From Planctomycetota bacterium (GTDB lineage Bacteria; Planctomycetota; UBA1135; JAKEFM01), in contig DASRRH010000004.1 of assembly GCA_035695825.1 (NCBI GenBank), positions 24,515-88,514 on the forward strand: 64,000 nt of DNA, given 5' to 3'. A program made the position numbers and the translations under genes. Within the stretch, counting starts at the first letter, position 1, and each line of letters starts with the position of its first letter. The notes under the pieces were generated by a model. The model was not told the DNA's origin, did not search any database, and saw only the letters and a program-made list of their open reading frames with translations. Of the stretch, positions 36,053 to 46,064 are shown piece by piece.

Positions 36053-37308
36053 CCGCCGCGGAGGAGCGCCCCCCCCCGGTCCGCACGCTCCTCGCCCTCG
36101 CGCTGGGGCTCGCGCTCGGCGCGTTCCTCTTCGAGGGGGTCGTGCGCCCGGTGGGAGGGGGGTTCAAGGGGTTCATCGACTTCGCGCCCTACTACCGCGG
36201 CGCGGTGGCCCTCCGGCGAGGGGAGAACCCCTACGACCTCGGGACGACGGATGCGATCGGCCGGGAACGGCGGGTCCCGGAGTCCGAGGGGTTCCGCTAC
36301 CTCTACCCGCCGACGTTCGGGCTCCTCGCGGCGCCGCTCGGTCTCCTCCCGTACCAAGCCGCGAAGGCGGTCTGGTTCGTCCTCCAGCTCGCGCTCGTCG
36401 CGGGGGCCGCGCTCCTCCTCCCGGGAGCGGTGGTCCCTCGCCCGGGTCGGGAGGACCGCCTCCTCGTCGGGTTCTGCTTCGCGACGTTCCTCCCCGTGCT
36501 CGAGACGATCGAGCGCGGACAGGTGAACCTCCTCCTCCTCTTCCTCCTCGTCCTTGCCCTGCGCGACGTCGAGACGGGGAGGTCCCTCCGCGCCGGCCTC
36601 GCCGTCGGCCTCGCGACCGCGATCAAGGGGACGCCGGCGCTCCTCCTCCCCCTCTTCGCGGTCCGGCGCCAGTGGCGCGCCTTCGCCGCGGGCCTCGCCT
36701 CCGCCTCCCTCCTGCTCGCCGGCGGGTTCGCCGTCGCGCCGCCGGGATCGTGGGAGAGCTTCCGGCGCCTCGTCCTGCCGTGGTACGCGCGGGGCCACGC
36801 GTGGGTCGCGAACCAGTCGCCCCAGGGCTTCCTGCTGCGCCTCTTCCTCGGGTCGACGTCGGAGGTCTCGCCCGACGCGCTCGATCCCGCGACGGGGAGG
36901 GCGGCGACGATCGCGCGCATCGTCGCGCTCCTCGCGCTCGCCGTCACGGCGATCGTCGTCCTGCGCGGGCGGCGGGCGGGCCTTCCGCTCGTCTACGGGC
37001 TCGTGCTCGCCGCGATCCCCCTCGCCACGGCGATCACGTGGGTCCACCATCTCGTCCTCCTCCTCCCGGCCTTCGCCGCGCTCTTCCTCGTGCCCCGCGC
37101 GAAGGGGAGCCTCGACCGGCCGAGCCTGCCCGGGATCGCCGCCTTCGCGCTCGTCGCGCTCGGGCTCGGATACGACCACCCGGCGATGCGGACCCCCCTT
37201 CTCCTCCCGCTCGTCTCGACCAAGCTCCTCGGCACGATCCTGCTCTGGTTCCTGCTCCTCCGCGCGGTCCTCGCGTCGCACCGGGCGGCGGAGGACCGCT
37301 TCCCGTGA
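36049..37308 (+). CDS. GT87/DUF2029-like GT-C membrane glycosyltransferase (polyprenyl-P-mannose-dependent mannosyltransferase-like)
   Basis: TTG 36049 overlaps the upstream TGA (TTGA). FIDFAPYYRGAVALRRGENPY, YLYPPTFGLLAAPL, QVNLLLLFLLVLAL, KGTPALLLPL. Confidence 0.7.
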   Translation: MTAAEERPPPVRTLLALALGLALGAFLFEGVVRPVGGGFKGFIDFAPYYRGAVALRRGENPYDLGTTDAIGRERRVPESEGFRYLYPPTFGLLAAPLGLLPYQAAKAVWFVLQLALVAGAALLLPGAVVPRPGREDRLLVGFCFATFLPVLETIERGQVNLLLLFLLVLALRDVETGRSLRAGLAVGLATAIKGTPALLLPLFAVRRQWRAFAAGLASASLLLAGGFAVAPPGSWESFRRLVLPWYARGHAWVANQSPQGFLLRLFLGSTSEVSPDALDPATGRAATIARIVALLALAVTAIVVLRGRRAGLPLVYGLVLAAIPLATAITWVHHLVLLLPAFAALFLVPRAKGSLDRPSLPGIAAFALVALGLGYDHPAMRTPLLLPLVSTKLLGTILLWFLLLRAVLASHRAAEDRFP

Positions 37309-38519
37309 GGATCCTCCTCGTCTCGGAGCACTTCCCTCCCGGCTTCGCGGGAGGGAGCGCGGTCTACCTCGACGCGCTGGCGCGCGGGCTCGTCCGGCGG
37401 GGGCACGAGGTGAGCGTCGTCGCGGGCGGGCCCGTCGGGGTCGAGGAGCGCGACGGGCTCGCCATCCGGCGCACGGGATCGGATCCGGCGCACGCGGGCC
37501 TGCGGACGCGCCTCCGAGAGCTCGCGGCGTTCCGCCGAGCGACCGAGGAGACTCTCCGTCGCGGGCGATTCGACCTGGTCCACCTGAACCACGCCTGGCC
37601 TTCCCTCGGCGCGATCCTCGCGTTGCGCGGCCGCTCCCTCCCCCGCGTGGCCACGTTCTACGCCCCGTATCACCTCGAGTGGCGCGCGTTCGGCGGACTC
37701 GGACGGGACGGCCGGCCCAAGCTCGCGTCGCGGGTCGCGGGACTCCTCGGCTACGCGCGGCTGGTCCAGGCGCTCGAGCGCCGGATCTTCCGGCGCGTCC
37801 GCCGCGCGATCGCGCTGTCGGCGTACTCGAAGGCGCAGCTCCTCGAGACGTTCGCCCTCGACGCGGGGCGCGTCGACCTCGTCCCCGGCGGAGTGGACGC
37901 CGAGCGGTTCCGGCCCTGCAAGGACCGGCGAGGAGAGCGCCGACGGCTCGGCATCCCCGAGGACCGCCTTGTCCTCCTCACCGTCCGGCGCCTCGACCCT
38001 CGCATGGGGCTCGAGGACCTCGTCCGCGCGACGGCGGCGCTGCGCGGGATGCGCCCCGCGCCGTTCCTCCTCGTCGTCGGGAAGGGGCGCCTCGGACCGG
38101 CGCTCGCCGCGCTCGCGCGCGAGGTCGGCCTCGAGGGAAACGTCGGGTGGGCCGGCTTCGTTCCCGACGCGGAAGTCCCCGCCTACTACGCGGCCGCGGA
38201 CCTCTTCGTCCTCCCCACGCGCTCTCTCGAAGCCTTCGGCCTCGTGACGGTCGAGGCGCTCGCGTCGGGGGTCCCCGTTCTCGGCACGGCCGTCGGCGGG
38301 ACGCCGGAGATCCTGGCGCCGCTCGACCCCCGGCTCGTTCTCGAAGGGGCCGGGCCCGAGGGGATCGCCGCGGGGATCGAGCGGGCCGCGCGGGAGGGGC
38401 TGCTCGCCGATGGCTTCGGGGCCCGCTGCCGGGCGTACGCCGTCGAGCGATTCTCGTGGGACCGCGCGGTCGACGCCCTCGAGCGCTCGTATCGGAGGGC
38501 GCTCGAAGGCGAGGCGTGA
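37305..38519 (+). CDS. GT4-family glycosyltransferase
   Basis: GTG 37305 overlaps the upstream TGA (GTGA). RILLVSEHFPPGFAGGSAVY. EX7E region LFVLPTRSLEAFGLVTVEALASGVPVLGTAVGG. Confidence 0.85.
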   Translation: MRILLVSEHFPPGFAGGSAVYLDALARGLVRRGHEVSVVAGGPVGVEERDGLAIRRTGSDPAHAGLRTRLRELAAFRRATEETLRRGRFDLVHLNHAWPSLGAILALRGRSLPRVATFYAPYHLEWRAFGGLGRDGRPKLASRVAGLLGYARLVQALERRIFRRVRRAIALSAYSKAQLLETFALDAGRVDLVPGGVDAERFRPCKDRRGERRRLGIPEDRLVLLTVRRLDPRMGLEDLVRATAALRGMRPAPFLLVVGKGRLGPALAALAREVGLEGNVGWAGFVPDAEVPAYYAAADLFVLPTRSLEAFGLVTVEALASGVPVLGTAVGGTPEILAPLDPRLVLEGAGPEGIAAGIERAAREGLLADGFGARCRAYAVERFSWDRAVDALERSYRRALEGEA

Positions 38520-39682
38520 CGCGGGTGGCCCCGCTCCGCGTCCTCCAAGTCCTCTGGGACCTCGACATCGGCGGGAACCGCACGGAGGCGCTGAACCTCG
38601 TGCGACACGCCGACCGCGCCCGCGTCGAGCCCCACCTCCTCTGCGGCCGCCGCCCCGGGATCGTCCGTCCGGAAGAGGCGGACGAGCTCGGCGCGACCTG
38701 GGTCCCCCTGCGGAGGAAGTACGACCTCGGTTTCGCCGCCGCGCTCGCCCGGCACGCGGAGGCGATCGGGGCCGACGTCCTGCACACCCACAACTTCAAC
38801 GGGCATATCGCGGCCGCGCTTGCGCTGCGCCGAATGGCGCGCCGGCCCGTCCTCGTCTCGACGCTCGGCGGGCTCTACCGCCCGGCGCGCTCGACGCCGT
38901 GGAACGAGGCGCTCTACGCGGGCTACCGGACGATCACGTACCGGCTCCTCCGGCGGGCCGACGGCGCGATCGCGGTCTCCCGGGCCGTCGAGGCGATGCT
39001 CCTGCGGCGAGGCATCCCCGCTTCGCGGATCCGCGTGATCCCGCACGGAGTGGACCCTTCCCGCCTCGAGGGGGACGGGGCGGCGGTGCGGGCGGAGTTC
39101 TCGATCCCGCCGGACGCGCCTCTCGTCGTGACGGTGGCGCGTCTCGATCCGATGAAGGGACACTTCGATCTCCTCGAGGCCGCGGCGGAGGTCCGGCGGC
39201 GCGTCCCGTCCGTCCGCTTCCTCCTCGTCGGATCCGGCCCGCTCGAGGTCCGACTCCGCGCCCGCGCGCGCCGGGCCCGCCTCGAGGGGGCGGTCCTCTT
39301 CTCCGGCGTCCGGACCGACGTGCCGAGCTTCCTTCGAGCGGCCGACCTCTTCGTCCTTCCCTCCGTGGACGAGCGGGAGGGGTTCGGGATCGCGCTCCTC
39401 GAAGCGATGGCGTGCGGGCTCCCGATCGTCGGCTCGCGCGTGGGGGGGATCCCCGAAGTCGTCCCGGACGGGGGCGCGGGCCTCCTCGTTCCGCCCCGGG
39501 ATCCCCGCGCGCTGGCCGACGCGATCGCGGCTCTCGTCGCGGACCCGGCGCGGCGCAAGGCGATGGGGGCGGAAGGCCGGAGGCTGGTCGAGGAGAAGTT
39601 CAGCGCGCGCGTCTGCGTCGCGCGGACCGAGACGTTCTACGAAGAGCTCCGCCGCCGCCGCGATCGAGCCTCCTCGGCTTGA
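38516..39682 (+). CDS. GT4-family glycosyltransferase
   Basis: GTG 38516 overlaps the upstream TGA (GTGA). LRVLQVLWDLDIGG. LFVLPSVDEREGFGIALLEAMACGLPIVGSRVGG. Confidence 0.85.
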   Translation: MTRVAPLRVLQVLWDLDIGGNRTEALNLVRHADRARVEPHLLCGRRPGIVRPEEADELGATWVPLRRKYDLGFAAALARHAEAIGADVLHTHNFNGHIAAALALRRMARRPVLVSTLGGLYRPARSTPWNEALYAGYRTITYRLLRRADGAIAVSRAVEAMLLRRGIPASRIRVIPHGVDPSRLEGDGAAVRAEFSIPPDAPLVVTVARLDPMKGHFDLLEAAAEVRRRVPSVRFLLVGSGPLEVRLRARARRARLEGAVLFSGVRTDVPSFLRAADLFVLPSVDEREGFGIALLEAMACGLPIVGSRVGGIPEVVPDGGAGLLVPPRDPRALADAIAALVADPARRKAMGAEGRRLVEEKFSARVCVARTETFYEELRRRRDRASSA

Positions 39683-39742
39683 CGCGCGGGTCCCCCTCCC
39701 CCTTCCGATGGGTGCGATCCCCGGCGGAGCGCGGTCTCCGAC

Positions 39743-41281
39743 TCAGGGCGCGCCTCCCGCAGGGGTCGTCGTCAGGTCCAGGATGCGGCTCCCCGGCTCG
39801 CCCCGCGGGAGGTCGCCGTTCGTCCGGGCTTCGACCTCCCAGCCGCCCCCCAGCGCCTTGTAGAGGGCGATCAGGTCGGACGCCACGCGGCGATCGCTGT
39901 CGACGAGGTCGTCCTCCGACGCGTAGAGGTCTCGCTGGGACTGGAGGACGCTCAGGAAGTCGGTGCGTCCCGCCCGGTAAAGCTGGTCGGCGAGGCTCAC
40001 CGCGCGCCGGTTGGAGTCGACGGCGCCGGCGAGCTCGCGCCGGCGCGCCTGCTCCCGGGAGAAGGAGACGAGAGCGTCCTCCACCTCCCGCAGGCTCGTC
40101 AGCACCGTCCGTTCGTAGACCGCGGCCGCCTGCTCCTCCCGGGCGTCCACGACGTCGACGTTGCTGCGGATGCGTCCGAAGTCGAGGAGGGGCCAGCTCA
40201 CGCTCGGTCCGATCGACCAGAAGCGGCTGTCGAGGTCGCCAACGTCTCGGAACGTCGAGCTCTCGAGGCCGAGGGACCCAACGAGCGAGAACCGCGGGAA
40301 CAGGTCCGCGGTCGCGACGCCGATCCGCGCGGTGGCGGCGGCGAGCTGACGCTCGGCCCGCCGCACGTCGGGTCGGCGGCGGAGGAGGTCCGACGGCAGA
40401 CCGATGGGGACTTCGCGTGGAGTGGGGGGGATCGGCGCCTCCCGCGAGAGTTCCCCGGCGAGGGCGTTCGGCTGCTGGGCGAGCAGAACGCTCAGGAGAT
40501 GGATGGACGCGCGGGCCGCGCTCTCGAGCGAGGGGATCTGCGCCGCCGTCGCCTGCACCTGGGCCTCCGCCCGCGCGACGTCCAGGTCGCTCGCGAGGCC
40601 CGCCGCGAGGCGCGCGCGCGTGAGCTCGAGCGTCTCCGTCTGGGCCCCGAGGTTGGCGCGCGCGATCGCGGCCTGTCGCTGCGCGCCCCGCAGCTCGACG
40701 TAGCTCCGGGCGACTTCCGCGAGGAGCGACACGAGCGCGTCGCGTCGGTCCTCGACCCCGGCCGCCACGTCGGCGTCCGCCGCCTCGAGACTCCGGCGCA
40801 CGCCCCCGAACAGGTCGATCTCCCAGGAGGCGTCGAAACCGACCTGATAAAGGCTGGAGGGTTCGCCCGCGCCCGGCGGCGCGTTGGAAATGTTGGCGCT
40901 CGCGCGGCTGCGCGCGGCGGAGCCCGCGGCGTCGAGGGCCGGGAAGCGGTCCGCGGCCACGACGCCGCGCCGGGCGCGCGCCTCCCGTACGCGAGCCTCG
41001 GCCCTCCGGAGGTCGGGGTTCGCCCGAACGGCGCGCTTCACCAGCGCGTCGAGGGTCGCGTCGTGGAAGGTCGTCCACCACTCGGCGAGCGGCGACGGAT
41101 CCGAGGTCGGGTTGCTCGGCTGCGACGCGGCGCCGGCCGACGCGAGCTCTCCCCACGTCGGCGGCACCGTCGTGCGGGGGGGGCGGTAGTCGGGTCCGAC
41201 CGTGCATGCCGCGAGGGAGGCGCCCATCGAGAGGAGAACGGACGGGGGGAGTGTCCGAAGGAGGAGCCGGGGCGCTCTCAT
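39743..41281 (-). CDS. RND efflux outer-membrane factor lipoprotein, NodT/OprM family
   Basis: ATG 41281 overlaps the upstream TGA (ATGA). Lipobox SLAAC, then TVGPDYRPP. Two OEP repeats. Confidence 0.9.
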   Translation of the reverse strand: MRAPRLLLRTLPPSVLLSMGASLAACTVGPDYRPPRTTVPPTWGELASAGAASQPSNPTSDPSPLAEWWTTFHDATLDALVKRAVRANPDLRRAEARVREARARRGVVAADRFPALDAAGSAARSRASANISNAPPGAGEPSSLYQVGFDASWEIDLFGGVRRSLEAADADVAAGVEDRRDALVSLLAEVARSYVELRGAQRQAAIARANLGAQTETLELTRARLAAGLASDLDVARAEAQVQATAAQIPSLESAARASIHLLSVLLAQQPNALAGELSREAPIPPTPREVPIGLPSDLLRRRPDVRRAERQLAAATARIGVATADLFPRFSLVGSLGLESSTFRDVGDLDSRFWSIGPSVSWPLLDFGRIRSNVDVVDAREEQAAAVYERTVLTSLREVEDALVSFSREQARRRELAGAVDSNRRAVSLADQLYRAGRTDFLSVLQSQRDLYASEDDLVDSDRRVASDLIALYKALGGGWEVEARTNGDLPRGEPGSRILDLTTTPAGGAP

Positions 41282-44200
41282 CGATCGACTCCCTGCAGGA
41301 GCGTGTCGGCGGGCGCGCCGGACCCGTCCAGGCCCTCGCCTCCGACGGGCGCCGCGAGGAGCGGAACGAGGACCGGAGGGGCGGCGCTCGCGGACGGGCT
41401 CCGCGCGTGTCCGGAGCGGAAGAAGGGGATTCGGTCGAGCACCTTCTCCTGGAACTCCTCGAGGTAGAGGTAGATCACCGGGGTGACGTACAGGGTGATC
41501 AGCTGGGACGCGACGAGGCCGCCGACGATCACGAGCCCGAGGGGACGCCGCGAGGCGCCGTCGGCCCCGAACCCGAGCGCGATCGGGACCGCGCCGAAGA
41601 CCGCGGCGAGCGTCGTCATGAGGATCGGGCGGAAGCGGTCCATGCTCGCGTCGTGGATCGCCCGTTCCGCCGGCTCGCCCGCCGCGACGCGCTGGCGCGC
41701 GAAGTCGACGATCAGGATCCCGTTCTTCTTCACGATCCCCATCAGCATGAACATGCCGACGAACGCGTAGAGGGACGCCTGCTCTCCGGACAGGACGAGC
41801 GTCAGGAGCCCTCCGACGAGCGCCGTCGGAAGGGTCGAGAGCACCGTCAGCGGATGGACGTAGCTCTCGTAGAGGATCGCGAGGATCACGTACATGACGA
41901 ACACGGCGAGGAGCATGAGGACCGTCAGGTCGCGCACCGTGTCGCGGAAGGTGAGGGCCTCGCCCTGGAGGCTCGCGCGCACGCTCGGCGGAACGACCTC
42001 CCGCGCGGCCCGGGCGATGAAGTCGGTCGCCTCGCCCAGGGCGACGCCGGGCTTCAGGTTGAAGAAGAGCGTGACGCTCGTGAACTGGTTCAGGTGGTTC
42101 ACGGCCTGCGGGCCGAGCGAGGGCTTCCAGGTGACGAGCGCGGAGAGCGGCACGAGCTTCTTGCCGTCGTCCGAGCGGATGTAGAGGAGCGAGAGGTCCT
42201 GCGGCTTCTCGCGCGCGGCGTCGGCGGCCTCGAGGATGACCTCGTACTGGTCGGTCGGCTTCTTGATGAGGTAGCTGTAGTTCTGCGCGTACGCGTTCCG
42301 GAGCAGGGCGAGGATTCGCGCCTCGGAAACGCCGACCGTCTTCGCCTGGTCGCGGCGGATCTCGATGTCGAGGTTCGGCGTCTGGTCGAAGAAGTCCGAC
42401 GACAGCGTCGCGAAGCCCGGGTACGCGCGCAGCCTCCCGGTCAGCTTCGTCGCCGCGTCGTAGACCTGGTCGGAGTTCACGCCCGAGAGGGAGAAGGCGT
42501 ACTGGCCCTGGTTCTGGTTGGTGGCGCCCGTGCTGATCTCGAGGACCGGGAACGGTCGCAGGAAGGGGAAGACGCCGGGGATCGCGCCGAGCCGGCCCAT
42601 CAACTGCCCCGCGACGTTCTGGATGGGCGCGCGCCCCTCGGGCGACTCCAGGAACGCGAGGAGGAGCCCCTGGTTCGACGACAGGAACTGGCCGTTCCCC
42701 GTCATCGTGAAGGTCGCCCGGACGCCGGGATCCGCGCGCATCACCTCGTCGGCCCGGTCCTGGAGCGCCCGCATCTGTTCGGGCGAGGAGCCCTCCCGGC
42801 CGATCAGGACGCCCCAGATGAAGCTGCTGTCGCCGGTCGGGAGGAACGCCTTCGGGACGATCCCGAAGAGCGCGAACGTGCCGGCGAGGCACCCCGCCCA
42901 GATCCCCGCGGAGATCCAGCGGCGGCGCAAGAACCAGGTGAGCGACGCGCCGTAGACCGCGAGGACGCGCTTCTCGATCCCGCCGACCGCGCGCTCCATC
43001 CAGGTGCGCTTCGAGCCGGGACCGCGATCCCGGAGCAACCGCGCGGTCAGGAGCGGGGTGAGCGTCAGCGAGACCAGTCCCGACGCGAAGATGGCGACGA
43101 CGATCGTCCCCGCGAACTCGCGGAAGATCCGGCCGACGAGCCCGTGCATGAAGAGGAGGGGGAGGAAGACCGCCGCGAGCGAGATCGTCATCGAGAGGAT
43201 CGTGAAGCTGATCTCCCGCGCGCTCTGGAGCGTCGCCTCGAGCGCGCGCTCGCCGCGCTCCATGCGGCGGACCGTGTTCTCGAGGAACACGATCGCGTCG
43301 TCGACGAGGAAGCCGGTCGCGAGCGTCAGCGCCATGAGCGAGAGGTTGTCGAGGCTGTAGCCGAGCAGGTCCATCGCCACGAAAGTGAGGAGGAGCGAGA
43401 GCGGAAGGGCGAGGGCCGGGATCAACGTGTCGCGGGCGCGTCCGAGGAAGACGAAGATGACGAGGACGACGAGGGCGAAGGCGATGAGGAGCGTCGCGCG
43501 CACGTCCTCGACCGAGTTCACGATGGAGCGCGAGCGGTCGTAGATCGGCGTGACGCGGATCGAGCCGGGAAGCTCGGCGCCGACGAGCGGGAGCAGGTCC
43601 CGGACGCTCTTCGCCACCTCGACGGCGTTCGCGCCGGCCTGGCGGTTGACGGCCACGACCACCGTGGCGGAGGGGACGGGATGGCCGCGGACCCAGAAGC
43701 GCATGTGGATCCGCTCGTCCTGGACCGAGTCGCTCACCTGCGCGACGTCGCGGAGGTAGACCGGCGCGCCGTCCTCCGCGCGGACGATGAGGTCGCCGTA
43801 CGCCTCGGCGCGGTCGAGCTGGCCCTGCGGGCGCAGGAGCGCCGTGCCGGAGGCGCCGTCGAACTGACCGGCGCCGACCGAGCTCGTCCCGTTCCGGATC
43901 GCGGCGGCGAGGTCGTCGATCGAGAGACCGCGGGAGGCCATCGCGGAGGGGTCCGCCTTGATCCGGACGGCCGACTTCGTGCCGAACACGTTCACGCGGG
44001 AGACGCCCGGCAGGATGCTGATCCGCTGGCCGACCTGCGTGCTCGCGTAGTCGTAGAGACGGCCCGGCGTGACCGAGTCGCTCGTGAGCGCGATATAGAG
44101 GATCGGCTGGTCGTTGGGGTTCGTCTTCGAGAAGGTCGGCGGCGAGGGGAGGTCGACCGGGAGGTTCGCCGTCGCCTGCGTGAGGGCCGCCTGGACGTCG

Positions 44201-44517
44201 GTCGCGGCCGCGTCGAGGCTCTTCTCGAGCGCGAACTGGAGCGTGAGGCTCGCGTGTCCCTGCGTGCTCTTCGAGGCGACGAGCTCGAGCCCGTTGATCT
44301 GCATGAACTGGCGCTCGAGGGGCGTCGCGATGTTGGCGGCGACCGTCTCGGGGCTCGCGCCCGGGTAGTTCGCCTGCACCTGGAGGACGGGGTAGTCAAC
44401 CGCGGGCAGGTCGTTGACCGGGAGCCGGAGGTAGCTCAAGACGCCGAAGAGGATCACGGACGCGGTCGCGACCGCGGTCATGACCGGGCGGCGGACGAAG
44501 GGTTCGGAGAGGTTCAC
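41278..44517 (-). CDS. RND efflux permease (AcrB/MdtB/MdtC family)
   Basis: GTG 44517 overlaps the upstream TGA (GTGA). VNLSEPFVRRPVMT..., 12-TM/2-loop architecture, ~1079 aa. Confidence 0.9.
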   Translation of the reverse strand: MNLSEPFVRRPVMTAVATASVILFGVLSYLRLPVNDLPAVDYPVLQVQANYPGASPETVAANIATPLERQFMQINGLELVASKSTQGHASLTLQFALEKSLDAAATDVQAALTQATANLPVDLPSPPTFSKTNPNDQPILYIALTSDSVTPGRLYDYASTQVGQRISILPGVSRVNVFGTKSAVRIKADPSAMASRGLSIDDLAAAIRNGTSSVGAGQFDGASGTALLRPQGQLDRAEAYGDLIVRAEDGAPVYLRDVAQVSDSVQDERIHMRFWVRGHPVPSATVVVAVNRQAGANAVEVAKSVRDLLPLVGAELPGSIRVTPIYDRSRSIVNSVEDVRATLLIAFALVVLVIFVFLGRARDTLIPALALPLSLLLTFVAMDLLGYSLDNLSLMALTLATGFLVDDAIVFLENTVRRMERGERALEATLQSAREISFTILSMTISLAAVFLPLLFMHGLVGRIFREFAGTIVVAIFASGLVSLTLTPLLTARLLRDRGPGSKRTWMERAVGGIEKRVLAVYGASLTWFLRRRWISAGIWAGCLAGTFALFGIVPKAFLPTGDSSFIWGVLIGREGSSPEQMRALQDRADEVMRADPGVRATFTMTGNGQFLSSNQGLLLAFLESPEGRAPIQNVAGQLMGRLGAIPGVFPFLRPFPVLEISTGATNQNQGQYAFSLSGVNSDQVYDAATKLTGRLRAYPGFATLSSDFFDQTPNLDIEIRRDQAKTVGVSEARILALLRNAYAQNYSYLIKKPTDQYEVILEAADAAREKPQDLSLLYIRSDDGKKLVPLSALVTWKPSLGPQAVNHLNQFTSVTLFFNLKPGVALGEATDFIARAAREVVPPSVRASLQGEALTFRDTVRDLTVLMLLAVFVMYVILAILYESYVHPLTVLSTLPTALVGGLLTLVLSGEQASLYAFVGMFMLMGIVKKNGILIVDFARQRVAAGEPAERAIHDASMDRFRPILMTTLAAVFGAVPIALGFGADGASRRPLGLVIVGGLVASQLITLYVTPVIYLYLEEFQEKVLDRIPFFRSGHARSPSASAAPPVLVPLLAAPVGGEGLDGSGAPADTLLQGVDR

Positions 44518-45656
44518 AGCCGGTCTCCCGGCTTCGTGGCGGACGCGCTCGCGGTGGAGGCGGGCGCCTCCACGCGGACCTTCCCGCCGGGCGTCACGCC
44601 GAGCTGGCCGCCGACCACGACGTGCTCGCCCGCTCGGAGCCCCTCCCCGACGACGACGAGGTCCCCCTGCCGCTGGCCGAGCGCCACGGGCCGCAGCTCG
44701 GCGGTCGCGTCCTCCTTCGCCACGTAGACGAACGGCCCCTGGGCCGACAGTTGCGGCGCGGACGCGGGGACGAGCACCGCGGCCGGGATCGTGTCGAGGA
44801 CCAGGCGAACCTTGACGAAGCGGCCGGGCCAGAAGCGGCGGTCGGCGTTCCCGACCGTGGCCCGGAGCTTCACCGTGCCGGTCCCGTCCTGCACCGCGTT
44901 GTCGAGGAAGGTGAGCTCCCCCTCCCGCGGCGCGTCGGGCTCGTCGGGCAGGCGCACTTCGACCTTTCGCGTTCCCCGCTCCATGTGCCGCTGGACCTCC
45001 GTGAGGTCGTTCTCGGCGACGACGAAGTCGGCGTAGATCGGGTCGAGCCGCTGGACGACGAGGAGGGAGCCGGCGTTCGCGGCCACCACGTTCCCGAGGT
45101 CGACGAGTCGGTGCCCTGCGCGGCCGTCGATGGGCGAGAGGATCGAGCAGCGCTCGAGGTCGATCCGCGCCGCGTCGGCCGCGGCCTGGTCCTGCCGGAC
45201 CTGAGCCTCGGCCACCTCGACCCCGCTCTTCCTCGCGTCGTAGTCCGACTGGGAGACGGCCTTCGTCCCGACGAGCTCCGCGACGCGGGCGAAGTCGGTC
45301 TTCGCCAGTTCGAGCACCGCCTTCGCCCGCGCGAGGCCCCCCTCGGCCGCGTCGAGGCGGGCGCGGTACGGCCGGGGGTCGATCGTGAAGAGCGGATCGC
45401 CGGCCCGCAGGTCGGCGCCGTCGGCGAAGTGGATCGCGGTGATGGGCCCGGAGACCTGCGGCTGGATCGAGACCACCTCGCGCGCGACGATCCGGCCGAT
45501 CTCGTCGAGGTAGAGGGGCACGTCGCGTGCGACGGCCGCGACGACGGAGACGGGCGCCGCCGGCCGCTCGAACGAGGGGGGAGCCTGCTTTCGACATCCG
45601 GCGAAGGCGAGGATCCAGAGAAGGCCACGGACCTTCGGGGTCGGCAGGGTGCTCAC
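44514..45656 (-). CDS. RND efflux periplasmic adaptor (membrane fusion protein)
   Basis: Lipobox LAFAGC. Hairpin/lipoyl/barrel pattern (IQPQVSGPI..., PLFTIDPRPY, SPIDGRAG). Confidence 0.9.
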   Translation of the reverse strand: MSTLPTPKVRGLLWILAFAGCRKQAPPSFERPAAPVSVVAAVARDVPLYLDEIGRIVAREVVSIQPQVSGPITAIHFADGADLRAGDPLFTIDPRPYRARLDAAEGGLARAKAVLELAKTDFARVAELVGTKAVSQSDYDARKSGVEVAEAQVRQDQAAADAARIDLERCSILSPIDGRAGHRLVDLGNVVAANAGSLLVVQRLDPIYADFVVAENDLTEVQRHMERGTRKVEVRLPDEPDAPREGELTFLDNAVQDGTGTVKLRATVGNADRRFWPGRFVKVRLVLDTIPAAVLVPASAPQLSAQGPFVYVAKEDATAELRPVALGQRQGDLVVVGEGLRAGEHVVVGGQLGVTPGGKVRVEAPASTASASATKPGDRL

Positions 45657-45689
45657 GCGTCGCTCCTCAAGAGGTTCCCGTTGGGCGCA

Positions 45690-46046
45690 CTACGCGGGCC
45701 TGCGGAGCGTCTCTCTCTCGCGCAGATACGAGAGCGAGGGAGGGAGGCGGTCGAGGCCACCTTCGCCGAGCCCGCTCTCGAACAGGAGCCGGAGGTCCTC
45801 GAGGGGCCTCGCGCCGCCGCGGAAACGGAGACGGCGGGCGTAGGGGTGCGCGTGGACCGCCACGAGGAGCTGGAGGATCGAGGCCGCGTTGAAGGCATCT
45901 CCCTCGACCTCCACCTCGACCGGCGTGCCGTGCCGTTGGACGATGCGGACGATCAGCGCCGCCGGCCGCATGTGGAGCGTCACGTCGGCGGGGAGAGCGA
46001 CCTCCAGCGCGTCGAGGGGGGTTCTTGCGAGAAGAGGGGGAGGCAT
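45690..46046 (-). CDS. HPr-domain protein (PTS phosphocarrier-like) with C-terminal extension
   Basis: ATG is preceded by AAGGAGA. TLHMRPAALIV aligns with the HPr active-site GLH(A/T)RPA. FNAASILQLL aligns with the SAKSL(F/M)KL Ser46 region. Confidence 0.65.
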   Translation of the reverse strand: MPPPLLARTPLDALEVALPADVTLHMRPAALIVRIVQRHGTPVEVEVEGDAFNAASILQLLVAVHAHPYARRLRFRGGARPLEDLRLLFESGLGEGGLDRLPPSLSYLRERETLRRPA

Positions 46047-46064
46047 GAGGTTCTCCTTCGCGGA

